Positions 49,181-61,864 of a stretch of 64,000 bases of DNA are shown in pieces. The translations under genes and the position numbers were made by a program. The stretch comes from Lama guanicoe (Eukaryota), in assembly GCA_013239625.1 (NCBI GenBank), contig MU053629.1:3313567-3377566 (forward strand), given 5' to 3'. The notes beneath the pieces are model-generated. The model had not been told where the DNA came from, searched no databases, and saw only the letters and a program-made list of their open reading frames with translations. Position 1 is the stretch's first letter. Each line of letters begins with the position of its first letter.

Positions 49181-50129
49181 TGCCAGCTCCGACCTCCTGA
49201 TTCACAAAGAGGTGAAGGGGAAGCCAAGTCAGAGAGGCCAACTCTAGGGCAGGCTGAAGGCGCAGGTCTTTCTGCATCTCCGGAGCCCGGAATAAAGCAG
49301 GCTGCTACTGAGTGTTCGATGGCCGTAATATACCTGACCAGATAATTCTATCCGACTCGTCTCGCACAGCGCTGGGCTTACGACAGGGGCTCTGCAGAGA
49401 CTTCATTGAGTCATGGTTTTGCTACACTGTAAGAAAAGTTTCAATGTCCAGGCTGAGAAGTCAGAAGGCTGGCATCTTCACCCCAAAAAGAACACTGGCT
49501 CTATGCAAGGATTTCCTGCAGGATGCCTATGAAGTATGAGCAGATTTAACTCAGAATTCAACTTATGCCCAGTGTTCCAAGAAGCAAACTTGGGTTTCCA
49601 TAAAGGTGCCCCCAAGCATCTTGACTCCTGTCATCCCTGTGGGGTCACAGTGGCACAGTGGTTCCTCCTGTTTTACAGATGGACCCATAAAAAGTAAATG
49701 TCTTATCCAGGTCAGTGAATGCAGGGGCCAGGGCAGAGCTGGATCCTACATCCCCTGACATCCACCTGAATAAAGGTTGGAACCCAGAGCAGTGGGCGTT
49801 TTGAAGCCAGCAGATCCCTAAACTCTCAAATGTTGGGGAAAAGCTGAACCATCTTGGGAAAAAAACCTACTACCTAACTCAAGCCAGGCTTAAGTCCAAA
49901 TCTCTCTCTCTCTATGTATATATATGTCCCTGAGACACAGACAAAAAGATGAAGGACAAAAATCACATTCGACAGGACCTCTGAAGAGAAACAGGAATGA
50001 CAGCTTGCATTACTCAAAGGTCCATTTGCCTGGGCTGGGAGCTCCTTGGGGCAGCGGCAGGGTCTTACTCATATCTACATGCCCACAACCTAAAACAGTG
50101 GCCCAAGGAAGGAGTTCAAGAAATAGCTG

Positions 50130-50305
50130 CTGAATGAATGGATAGATGGATGAACAAATTAATAGAATGCATCAATGGACAGATGGATGGAGGAATGGGT
50201 GAAGGGATGAATAGATGAATGCACAGATAGATTGATGGATAGACAGATGGATGAACCAACTGATACATGGTTGGATGGATGGACGGATGGATGGAAAGAT
50301 GGATG
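50130..50305 (+). repeat. (GGAT/GAAT)n degenerate simple repeat
   Basis: Read directly. Confidence 0.9.
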
Positions 50306-53300
50306 TTCCTCGTCTGAAAGAAGCCCTAGGGGAGGGTTTGGTCTCAACAGAACCTCTCAAGCAAGCAGCCGAACCTGAGAATCCTATCCTGTTGCTAAGA
50401 GCTGTTCACAGGAAAAAATGAGCAGCATTAACTGCAAGAAATAATTGCCTCTAATTGGGCTGAATTATTCTGGCCATATAGTAGACATATTTTTATAACT
50501 TTATTAATTATTCAATTCGACGCCTATTACCCAGCCTGCCAGAATGGGCTTTCCTTATTAGAGGGTGACAGATGCCCCAGCTCTGCTGCGGCCTCTGCTG
50601 CCTGCCTTGGGGCCTCACTGGTATCTGAGGACTGGAGGTGGAGGGGAGGGCTGCCCCAACAGGCAGGCAGAGCTCCTGGGGGGCCAGAAAGGTTGTTCTA
50701 GGTGCTCCTCCTGGACATCCCAGTGGCCACCACATCTGCCTCCCCTGCTCTGGCCAGAGAGGCAGAAGGGTATCAGAATACGTCCAACCTGGCCTCTGTG
50801 GGTCACCCCCTGCCCAGATCCAGTCATCATCTCTTAATCATGGCAGTCTCCCCCACCTCCCATCTGCTTCCCACACAATGCCAAGACAACCTGCCATATG
50901 TCCTTCAGTCACCTCCAGCTGAAGGAGAGCATGGCCCGGCTGGCCTGGAGGGACTAACCAGGAGTGGAGGGACAGGTCGGAGCCTCCAGCATGCCCTCTG
51001 TTCCCACACCAGACCTGGTTACAGGTTAGTCAGGGAAAGAAAGAGTTTAGAAGTTGTTCCACCAGGGAACAATGCATTCAGTTGATGCAAAAATGAGCCT
51101 TCAGGGGCTCCCCGCGGCCTGTGGACTAATGTCCAAGCTCCTCGGGCTGCTGGTGTAAGAGCACCACACCCCTGGCTTGGCCGACGGGTGCAGCCCAGCT
51201 CCCACTCTCCACACCAGGCACCCCTGCTTCAGCCACGCGGACCTGCTTGCCATTCAGTACCCTTGCTTCTGTGGGTCTGTCTGCCTAGGAGGCCCTTTCT
51301 TTCTACACCCGACTATTGAAACTTCAAACCTCATCCTTCTTCCAGCTCTGGTTCCACTGCCTTCTTGGTATCTTCCCCGTTTTTCCAGCTAAATGTGATC
51401 TCTGCTTCCTCTAAAGGACCGATCTGATTCCTGGCCTCACACTGCAATCCTCAGCAGCACATGCCTGGGCAACATGGAGAGGTGAGAATCTTCGGAAGAT
51501 CAAGGGACTTTGAATTCATCCAACCCAGAGCCCCTCACTCTTCCCTAGTCCTAGTACCACCACTAGAGCACCATCTGGAAGAATGAAAACATGGTAAGAT
51601 GGGAGCGCAAACCCACTGGATCCCACTCAACACGGTGCTGAGCGCCCCGCAGTGCCTGCAACACGCAGGGCCCCGGGGTGACAGCGACAAGGAAGACCTG
51701 GGTCTGGCCACTGAAAACATCTCAGGGGATGCGGGCCTGGAGGACAAATCCGCACAATCAAACAATAAGCATCCAGGGTGGTGCTGACTGCGCTGGCCGT
51801 GTATATACAGTCAATATCTGGGAATCGGGAAGTCACAGCAGAGGTAGCATCTGATCTGTGCTTTGAAGGCGAAAGAGCAATGGGTCAGTGGATAAAGGAA
51901 AATCGGGAGGGGGTGGCGGGGTGGGTTTGGGGTAATGGGAGATGACGCTGAAATCTTGGCAGGCATTAGACCCAGAGGGGCCTTGAACTGGGTACTTCCT
52001 GGCAAACAAAGGGAAGCAGGGAGGTAACATGGCCCGGGTTTACATTTTAGCTGCCTCCCTACCTCCCTAGGGTGGGAGGGGCTGGAGAGGGAAGGCAGAG
52101 AACCCCGGAAAGACGCTTTAACCAGCGTTCTGAGTGGGGTCTCCAGAGACTGACTGCCTGGGTTCGAATCCTGGCTCTGCCACTTTACTCGCTGTGTGCC
52201 CTTGGGCCAGGTACTTTACCTCCCTGAGCCTCAGTTTCTTCATCTGAAAGATGGAGACACTAATAAATCATAAGGAATAATGAATGGGACAGCGTGTATA
52301 GTAAGTGTCGGATATGAGTTAGGAGAGAAGTCTAAGTAAAGAGCAGAGCCCAGATCTCTCTCCCTTTCAGATCAAAGGCCGCCTCCTCCACGGCCCCGCA
52401 TTCTGGTAGAAACATGCCCGAACAAAGAGAGCACACACTCAGGAGCAGCTGAGTGACCTTGGGGAACCACTAAGCCTCTCTAGACCACGGCTTCCTCCAC
52501 CACAAAACAGGGCTCATAACCCCTGCCTCCCCTGGCAGTGGGAGGATGAAATGGGATCATCATGTGCACCCTCAGCGTGGAGCCAAGCCGGGCACACAGC
52601 AGGGCTGGGCTGACTGGGAGGGAACTCAAGTCCTTGGGGGCAGGGGAGGTCTGGGAGAACGGGACCTGCCATCAAATGGCCCTCTGGCTCCAGAGAGGAT
52701 GCACCCTTCCCTCCCCTTCCCCGTCAGAGCGTCAGAGTTCAGGCGGGCCCCTCCCTGCTGCAGGGGATGGGTGGGAGCAGTTCGTGATTCCCTTCCCGCA
52801 GGAACCGTGTTTCCCATGGAGACCCAGCCCACACGCTGTAAGTGCAGGCCATGCGTGTACGCATGCGTGGAGGGGCGGGGGGCATGTAGTGTACTTTTCA
52901 TTCCCAAGCGGGCCTTGGAGGGGTGACAGCACTGCCTGCCAGTCCTGCACAACAATGACGATGCCAGCGTGGCTGTTGCCACTCTGTTCTGCTTTTGTCA
53001 CATTCTAGGCGGGTTCTCCCACCCTCCTCCCCCTCCCAGCCCTTGAGACTCCCTGCATGCCATTTATTAATTAATTTTGTTCTCAGGGAGCCAGATGGCC
53101 AGAGCTGAGTTGGGCAGAAGGTACCTCCCTCCTCCCCTGTACGACAGCCCCCTCCAGCACACAGCTCACACACAGACTGCAGGCTCTCCAGCTCCTGGCT
53201 TTTGCAGGTATAAAAATTGACTTTCAGTGGAGACTGCATGTGCCAGGGCCTTCCTGACCCCTGACCCTGCTCAGATGGGACTGGTCTGAGAGGCAGAGGA

Positions 53301-54329
53301 AGAAGGGCTGAGACCCTGAGAGGCTGCCTTCTCTCAAGGAGCGGGAGGAGCAGGGTCCCCACGCCCCCTTCTGCCCCATGACCTGCCTCCCTGGGACCTG
53401 GGAAGGGGGTTCTCAGAAGGTCTCCCCTCCTCTCCTGGTGGGTGTCATCACAAGAGAATGACCCGGGCCAAGGGCAGAGAGAGGGTGGGGGGACCAGCTG
53501 CCTTCAGTCCTGTGGTCTGGGGTCTCCATGGGCTGCCCGCTGCCCAGCCTCATCCCCATCCTCACACTGGTCTGGGCTCCGGGAGGACAAGGTACCCGGC
53601 ATCTGCTCCCTCTCATTTCCTGTTTCTCCTGGGAGGTACCTTTGGAAGAAACAAACTCTGGAGAGGAAACAAACCTCTCCACCGGCTTCCAGAGCATTAC
53701 CAGCGCAGGGGGGTCTCAGAAAGAGGGAGGCGACAGCCAAGGGCAGCAGATCCACCTTCCTGCTGCCCATCCCTTGCAGCCCCTAGCCCCCCGGGACTCG
53801 GGCTGGGGCTGCACTGAGATCCCTTGACCTTATTCGTGATCTCTTTCAGCCTCCATCACAGGCTCCTCAACCCAGCTCTGATGCCCACCTGCTGTGGGAC
53901 CTCAGGTCATCGTTTAACCTCTCTGTGCCTCAGTTTCATCCTTTAAAATGGGACCATAGCACACACCTGGTTCCTTCCTTCCTCCACCCTCCCGTGACGG
54001 CTTTCCTGAGCCCTCCAGGTCCCCCCTCTCCCATCAGAGCCAGAGCCTTCCCTCTCCTCAGCCTCTTCCTCCTCCTTCTTCTCTATACAGGTGGGCCTGG
54101 CTTTGTTCAAAGTTCTCTGATGATGGAAGCTATGCCCTTCTCACCCCTAATCCCCCACCCTCTATGGCCCTGGACCTCTGGCAGTGTTGGTCTCTGAGAA
54201 ATGCTCAATAAATGTGCGTTCAATGGAACTCAAGGGACAGAGAACGTAGAGCCAGTGAGCCGCCACCCTGGCTACTGAGTGCTTTTTTGTTCAAAATTAG
54301 AACTCTGGGGTGGAGAGCAGCTCCTCTTA

Positions 54330-54630
54330 CGCACAGACCTTGAAAAAGCATTTCCTGCCGCATCCACAGCCCCTTCTGTCCCCGTCACGGTGACTGCACC
54401 CCAGCGTGCGGTGCTGACACGGAGCCCACCGGCCCGAGGAGGCCCACGGGCGCACCAGATGCCGGCAGAAGGCGGCCCAGGCGGTTCTGCGAGGGGCCGC
54501 GGGCTGGGCAGCGCGGCAGGTGAGCAACAACACAAGTGTAATTGCTTTGTGGTGATTCATCTGAAGTTGCTTTAACCTTGACAGCCGGCTCGCTGTAGCG
54601 AGAAGACCATGGAGTGAGCTGCAGCCTCCG
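54330..54630. promoter_or_regulatory. Small CpG-island-like segment
   Basis: About 23 CpG in 300 bp, GC-rich, non-repetitive. Confidence 0.45.
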
Positions 54631-56724
54631 GGCTGGCAGGACACCCCTCTGCGCCCCCTCCCTGATGAGGCAGCAAGGCTCACCAGGCGCCCCCACCTGG
54701 GGGAGGCAAGCGTGTGAGTCACAAGGCTGTCCCCTCCCAGGGCTGTCCCCCTCCCACTCCTTTTCCAGGTCCTGGAAGGAAGAGAGAGTAAATCACAGGA
54801 GGGCTATGCTTGGGACCAAGGAGAGCAGACTCCCTCCCCCAGAGGTCAGGGGCCCTTGACTGGGTGAGACGATGCTGGATTTTAACTTCCCAGAAACAGG
54901 GCATGACGGGATTTTAGAGCTGGAATAGCCCTGATGACCTTCCCATTTTATAGCTGAGAAAATTGAGGCTCAGGGAGAGGGAAGGACTTAGCTAGGGTCA
55001 CCCAGGCAGAGGTGGCACCGAAGCTGGCTTCATCCCTTTGGAGGCAGTGTGGAGCTGTGGGAAGAACACAAGGGCTGGGTTCTACTCCCGGGGCTGCCAC
55101 TTGTTAGCTGGGCAAGTATCAGAAGTTACTCTATGTCCCTGAGCTGCCATGTCTTCATTTGTGAAATGGAGATAACACACATGACCTCTCCAGGCTGCTG
55201 GCAGATTACGTGAGATCATGTATGTGAAGTATCTGCGCGCAGTGAGAGCAGGAATCCCTATGCACCTGCCTTCTCAAACCACGTGACCCCCTACACTTCT
55301 CTCTCTGACCTCCTTCCCCCGCAAGCTTTCCTTACGCTCGGTCTCCGTCCTCCCTGGCTGGGAAGGAGCCCCAGAGTTTTGGCAGTGACCCCTCCTAGCA
55401 GACCTACGTGGCCGGGTTCACTCACTCCCCAACCTGGTCCCACACAACTCCTTTTGGGCCGCGTCACCTGCCCCAGGACAGAGGCAGGAACCTCAGCCCA
55501 CATCCCACACCTTTGCTTTGCTCTCACATCCTTTGCCACCAGACCGACATGTCTCCATGTTTGTCAGTGAGAAGTGTACCCAGGGGCCCCTGATAAGAGG
55601 ACCCTCCCCCTAATGTACTTGTTAAGCCAGGTAGATGGCAGGGTTGACCCTTCAGGAAATCACTGACCTCAGTGCCCTGGGCTGACCTGTGGTCATGAGT
55701 CTGGCTTTCAGATCTAGGCAAAAAAGGAGCCAGGAGGGTCTGCAATCTTTAGGTCATCTGCACCAAAGACTACAGAATAACTTGGCAGGTTTGCTTTGCT
55801 GTAATGAGACCCACTTGCCTCTGAAACGGCTTCAGCCTTGAACTCCCAGAGCAGCTGGTGGGAGACAAAAGGCGCCGGAGTCATGAGACCCAGGATCCAG
55901 TTAGAGCTCTGCCACTTCCTCCCTGGGTAACCTCAGGCAAATAGTTTCCCTCCTCTGGGTCTCAGTTTGCCCATCTGTAAAATGGAAGGAGTAGACCAGA
56001 CAATTTCTGAGGTCCCTCCCAGCTCTTGCTGAAATGGTTTCAAGTTAAACCATGATATCTCAGTGACCAGAACTTAGGTTCTTGGATCCAGATTACAATT
56101 TCAAGCACTCTATGCCATGAATATGTGGATATATGATTTCATATATGTGAGGACAGCTTCAGGAAAACAGGGTGCCCAAGCCACAGCAATATGGGGGTCA
56201 TAGGATTCAAAGCCTGGTAGGTCAGCACTGAGCATCGTGGAAGGACACAGAGGACAAGCAGGGTGGCAGTGTGGGCTAGGCCAGAGCTCTTATGCCAAAC
56301 CAGAGCCTAGGAGCACAGGAAAGACTGGAGTGAGGGGGGGCTGGAACTACAGACAGCCCAGCATGCTGGAAGGAAGAGTCTCCAAGAATGCAGCAGGGAA
56401 AGGGCTTGAAGCCCTGATCCCTCTCTAAACCATCCTGCAACCAGTCACCAGCCTTGGGAGATCTAATTCTGGTTACGATGCCTGCCTTTCCCATTGCTTC
56501 TCAATCATCAACCCTAAAATAACCCTGCTCCCCGGATGCCTAGTAGCTCAGCACCAAAAGCTCAAATGATTACATTTTAAAAAATAAGTGCCAATTCTGC
56601 ATTTGATTCTATAATAAATCTCTATTTGTTTTAATATAAGGAGCAAAGTTTAAAGTACTTCTTAGGTAACCAATGTGCCATTACATGGTGAAACATTTAA
56701 ACTCTGGAGCTTCAAGAATCATCA

Positions 56725-57992
56725 GCAAATGTCTTTCCAACAAATGGTGCCGGGGAAACTTGATACCCACAAGTAAAGAGAAACTGAAGTTGGACTCCTA
56801 ACTTACACCATAAGCAAAAATCAACTCAAAATGGATCAAAGACCTAATTGCAGGCTAAAGCCATAAAACTTTCAGACAAAAACATAGGAGGAAGCTTCAC
56901 AACGGAGTTGACAATAATTTCTCAGATATGACATCAAAGGCATAGGCAACAAAAAATAGATAAATTAGACCCCATCAAAATTTAAACCTTCTGTGCATAA
57001 AAGGACACTATTAACAGAGAGAAAAGGCAAACCATGGTACCAAGGAAAATATTTTCAAATCATTTATCTGATAAGGGATTAATGTCCACAATATATAAAG
57101 AACACCTATAATTCAGCAGCTGCAACAACAACAACCCAGTTGAGAAAAAAATGGACAGATAACTCAAATAGACATTTCTTCAAAGCATATACACAAATGG
57201 CCACTAAAGCACATGAAAGGACATCAACATCACTAATGATTAGGGAAAAGCACACCGAAATCACAGTGAGATACCAATATACACCCATTAGGATGATAAT
57301 TACAAAACAGAAACTAACAAGTGTTGACAAGGATGTAGAGGAATTAGAACCCTGTGCGTTGCTGACGGGAATGTAAAACGGCACAGATGCTGTGGAAGAC
57401 AGTATAGTGATTCCTCAAAAAATGAAACATAGAATTACCATATGATCCAGCAATCCACTTCCGGGTTTATATCCAAAAGAAGGGAAAGCAGGAACTCGAA
57501 GAAATATTTGTACACCCATGTTCATAACAGCGTTATTCGCAACAGCCAAAAGGCAAAAGCAAGCCAAGTGTCCACTGACGGAGGAATGAGTAAACAAAAT
57601 GTGTTCTGTACGTGCAATGAAATATTATTCAGCCTTAAAAAGCAAGAAGTTCTGATACATGCTGCAATACCGATGAAACTTGAAGACCATTATGCTCAGT
57701 GAAGCAAGCTAGTCAGAAAAGGACAAATGTTGTATGATTCTTACATGTGATACCTAGAGGTGTCAAACTTTGAGAGACAGAAAATAGAATGGTGGTTGAT
57801 TGTGGCTGGTGGGGTGGGGAATGGGGAGTTAGCATTTAATGGGTACAGAATTTCAGTTGGGGAAGATGAAAAAGCTCTGGAGATGGAAGATAATGATGGT
57901 GGCACAGCAATGTGAATGTCCTTACTGCCACAGAACTGTACACTTAAAAGTGGTTACAATGGTAAATTTTACATTATGTATATTTTCACACA
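56725..57992 (+). mobile_element. L1MB-like fragment (degenerate 3' part of ORF2 plus 3' UTR)
   Basis: ORF2p-like peptides KKWTDNSNRHFFKAYTQMATK...IREKHTEITVRYQYTPIRM; tcaactcaaaatggatcaaagacctaa; 3' UTR gaactgtacacttaaaagtggttacaatggtaaatttt. Confidence 0.9.
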
Positions 57993-59269
57993 GAGAGAAA
58001 GAGAGAGAGAGAGAGATCTAGTGAACACATAATCTTAGTTTAAAAAGCACTGACCTAAAGGGTCCGAGGCTAGTTTGGGGGCACCGGCGTATTTCTGAGC
58101 TGGACTATGTTTTCTTTTCATCTTCAAGGATAGCTGAAGCCAAGTCAGCCAGGGGTCCCACACAGCATTCAAGATAAGAACACATTTGACTTGGCAGAAG
58201 CTCCTCTTGGTAGTGGCCCAACTTAGTTCCTGCTGCCTTCATTACTCAAGCCTGCTCTGTAGCGCGGTCTCATGCTCAACATCAAACGTGGAAGGTTGGG
58301 GCGGGGCCGGGACCGGGGTGGAGGCGAGGAGGGTGGGGGTGGGGGTGGGGGCAGTTTCAACAGGTACTGAGATGGTGTAGCGAGCTTTTACTCTCCCGCA
58401 CGTTATGCACCTGGATAAAACCAGTTCAGTGGAATCCTGAAAATACGGGAGACTGTGGAGAAATGAGCGGAGGGTGTGTCTCTCTCTCATGTATGCCCCA
58501 GCCCTTCAAAACTAAAATGCCATTCTGTAGCCCAGAACCCAAACTGCCTAGCACCATGGGAAGGGAGGCAGAGAAGCAGGAAATACAATAATTAAATAAT
58601 ACAATGAAGGCTTAAATTTCCAAGTTGATTCTTGGGTATCATTTATAAAAGTTAACAGGGCATATTTAATTTAGGAATTGGCTCACGTCCTTCTCCTTAC
58701 AGCTGAAACCTCATAAATGAAATACACTGGATCATTGCCCAGTGCGGAAATAAAAGTTATGAATAATGTTTCTATCTCAATCATTGTCAGTGCTTTAATA
58801 TTCCTAATTACTTTAAAAAGCTAGATATTCAATATAGCAAAACTTTTTTTTCTTTTTATCTCCACTTGTGAGATTAGTGCAATTTAATAAGAGTCACTCT
58901 TTCGTCTTTACTCAGTGTACACTGACATTTCATCCTTTTATTCTTCATTATTATATGGGATGGAGGTTTATGACCAAGCGTGCAGCCACTCCATTTCCCC
59001 ATATTGTTCCATCTAACATCTTGGAATTATCCACAATAGGGGACTTGTCTCCCCACCAGGCAAATCAGCATCACCTCACTTCCTTTATGGAGCAGAAAGA
59101 AATTAGTCCAGACCTTCAAGAAATTAGGCTATGGGGCTATAAGTCTGTAGAAAAATGGAAAGTCCTCTACTCCCATCCGACTACTGGATCTGTCCCCTTC
59201 ACGGCTATCAAAGTCATAAATCCCTTGGCAGCCACAGAGGGCAGGGCAGGGGCAGGCAGTTAGATGATG

Positions 59270-60090
59270 GATCTCTATAATCCTCCCTGCCTCTTCCAGG
59301 AATTTATCCTAAGAAGAAATTGGGACGCGTGGGCAAAGATACGTGCACAAGAAGAATCACCGCAGGGTTTTTACACCGGACCGCAGTCCCTTATCCACAT
59401 GCCCACAATCCAAACATCTCTAAAAAGTCCACAAGAATTTTTTCTTAATTTTCCAAAATTCATTTAGAGGCAAAAATCTTCATGCCGCCAATTTGTGGCT
59501 ATATACTGTCTATATGTCACTAGGTATGATCAGTCACACATTGCTTCAGAAATATTATTACGTTTCATCCCAAGGTGCTGCCCCAATCCCACTGGAGGAT
59601 ATGTCATGTACGATGTAGTCCCCACACGCCCTCCTGAACTCTGGGAAAAAATCTAAATTTTGAAACCAACAGGCCCCAAGGATCTTGGATAAAAGATGGT
59701 GGGCCTAATATAGTGAAAAATCAGAAACAGCCTCAATGTCCATCAACGAGAGACTGGTTAAATACTTCGGTAATCCACACAATGAAATTCTATAAGGCCA
59801 TTCAAAAGTTTAAGGGAGATTCATGTTTACCGACAAGGAAATGAGTGTATGACATACAGCTGAATTAAAAAAGCAAGTTACAGGATAGCACAAAGATTTG
59901 ATGTAAATAAAATTTGTACCCAGATCTAGCTGGAAGTGCAGATAAATAATAAGGAGGACAAGCACCCAGATGCCAGAAGTCATTGTTATCGCTGGGTGTG
60001 TGGGTTTAACCTTTTCGTCTATACTTTTGGTGCAGTTTGAATTTCCTTTTTAATATGAACAGGTATGACTTTAGAATCAGGAAAAAACAC
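59270..60090 (+). mobile_element. Old L1ME-like fragment split by a Tigger-type element
   Basis: caggaatttatcctaagaa...gatacgtgcacaaga | gaaacagcctcaatgtccatcaac...actggttaaata...caatgaaattctat...aaaaagcaagttacagga. Confidence 0.7.
59376..59707. mobile_element. TcMar-Tigger-type MITE
   Basis: Imperfect TIRs ccggaccgcagtcccttatcc / ggataaaagatggtgggcct. Confidence 0.65.
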
Positions 60091-61282
60091 CAACAAGAAG
60101 GATGCTTTTGATTAAACAAAACCCAAAGCTTCCCTGCAAGGGTGTCACAGGCACATGCATGCATATGACAGGTCCCTTTCAGAAACCTCCAGAGATACAC
60201 GCTGTGCTGATCGAGACACCTCCCCCCAAGGACACGGGTCCCCCAGGGACCTAAGGCACCACAGAGCGCACACAGGCAGACACGTGTCCAATGGCACAAC
60301 AGCAAACAGAGTCAAACTGCTTGGAGCAAACTTAGTCATAATGTGTGTCCCATGACTGATTCATCAATCTCCATAACAATATTTCAGGGCCACATCTTTC
60401 AAGCAGGTCCTTCCTTCCTCTGTGAGCAGCTCTGTTTTCCTATCAAAGACCTATTCCACCCTCAGGCTGTATTAACAGAGGCTGAGCATCCAGAAGGAAG
60501 GAGAGCATAATGATTAAGTGTTCAGGCTCAGGACCTAGGTTTTTGCTTGATCGATAGTCCAGTTTCATCATTTACTGGCTGTGTGTCTGTCCAGGGTTCG
60601 GTAACCTCTCTGTGCTTCAACTTTCTCATGTGTAAAATGGGGCTAATAATAATTCCCACATCATAGGGTTGTTGTGAAGATTAAATGAGAAGATAAAGTG
60701 CCTAGTGTGTAGTAAAATTCAGTACATAGTATTGCTCTCTATTTTTATTTTTCCTTACAAGCCTGCATCTGTGTTCCGATCCAGGAATGATAGTTCAAGA
60801 GGAATAAAGGCCACAGCCAAGGGGAACTAGATGGGGAGGCAGTTCAGACTGTATTACTGGAGAATAAAAACTGGGGAGGAGGGGGAATGATCACTGTCTT
60901 CTAATACCTGAAGGCCTGACCCATGGAAGGGGACTCTGGTTTCCTCTATGTAGTCTCAGTGGCTATTATCAACTCCTCAGAGATGAATGTCCTCCCACAC
61001 AGTCTGCGGTCTTGTCCGCTGAGCTCCTTGGGAGGAAGTCCAGACATGACAAGGAGGGTCATGGTGATCTGTCACCCCTCCTGGCCTTTATCATGGGTGA
61101 GAACCAACCCGTAGAAGCTAGAGACAGATTTCCACTTGTGGCGGACTTCCTGGCTTTGACTAAGATCCAATGGTGGGGACTCTTCAACCCATGAGGGTGG
61201 GTTTATTGAGGAAACAGCTTGCGCGTTGCTCAGCACCAAGCCTGATGACTTAATTGGAAGTGGAAATTGGGCAGCCCACTTT

Positions 61283-61864
61283 TTTTTTTAATTTAAGTAT
61301 TGTCAGTTTACGATGTTGTGTCAATTTCTGGTGTACAGCACAATGTCTCAGTCATACATATATATACATTCGTTTTCATATTCTTTTTCATTATAGGTTA
61401 ATACAAGATACTGAATATAGTTCCTGCGCTACAGTAGAAACTTACTGTTTATCTATTTTATATATAGTAGTTAGTATCTGCAAATCTCCAACTCCCAATT
61501 TATTCCTTCCTACATCCTTTCCTGGTAACCATAAGTTTGTTTTCTATGTCTGTGAGTCTGTTTCTATTTTGTAAATAAGTTCATGTCTGTCATTGTTTTA
61601 GATTCCAGATATAAGTGATATCATATGGTATTTTTCTTTCCCTTGCTGGCTTACTTCACTTACAGTGACAATTTTCAATTTCATCCATGTTGCTGTGAAT
61701 GGCATTATTTTATTCTTTTCTATGGCTGAGTAGTATTCCAATAAATATATATTTTTATATGTACATATATTTCACAACTTCTTTATCCAGTCATCTGTTG
61801 GTGGACATTTAGGTTGCTGCCATGTCTTGGCTATTGTAAATAGTGCTGCTGTGAACATTGAGGT
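61283..61864 (-). mobile_element. Young, 5'-truncated L1, sense to MEGF11, with a 13-bp TSD
   Basis: TSD ggcagcccacttt at 61270-61282 and 61865-61877, poly-T tail, body homologous to 13326-13890. Confidence 0.93.

Noticed and set aside
57106..57702. ORFs resembling reverse-transcriptase-associated protein
   Set aside because: Frameshifted remnants of L1 ORF2 and their antisense frames; non-functional.
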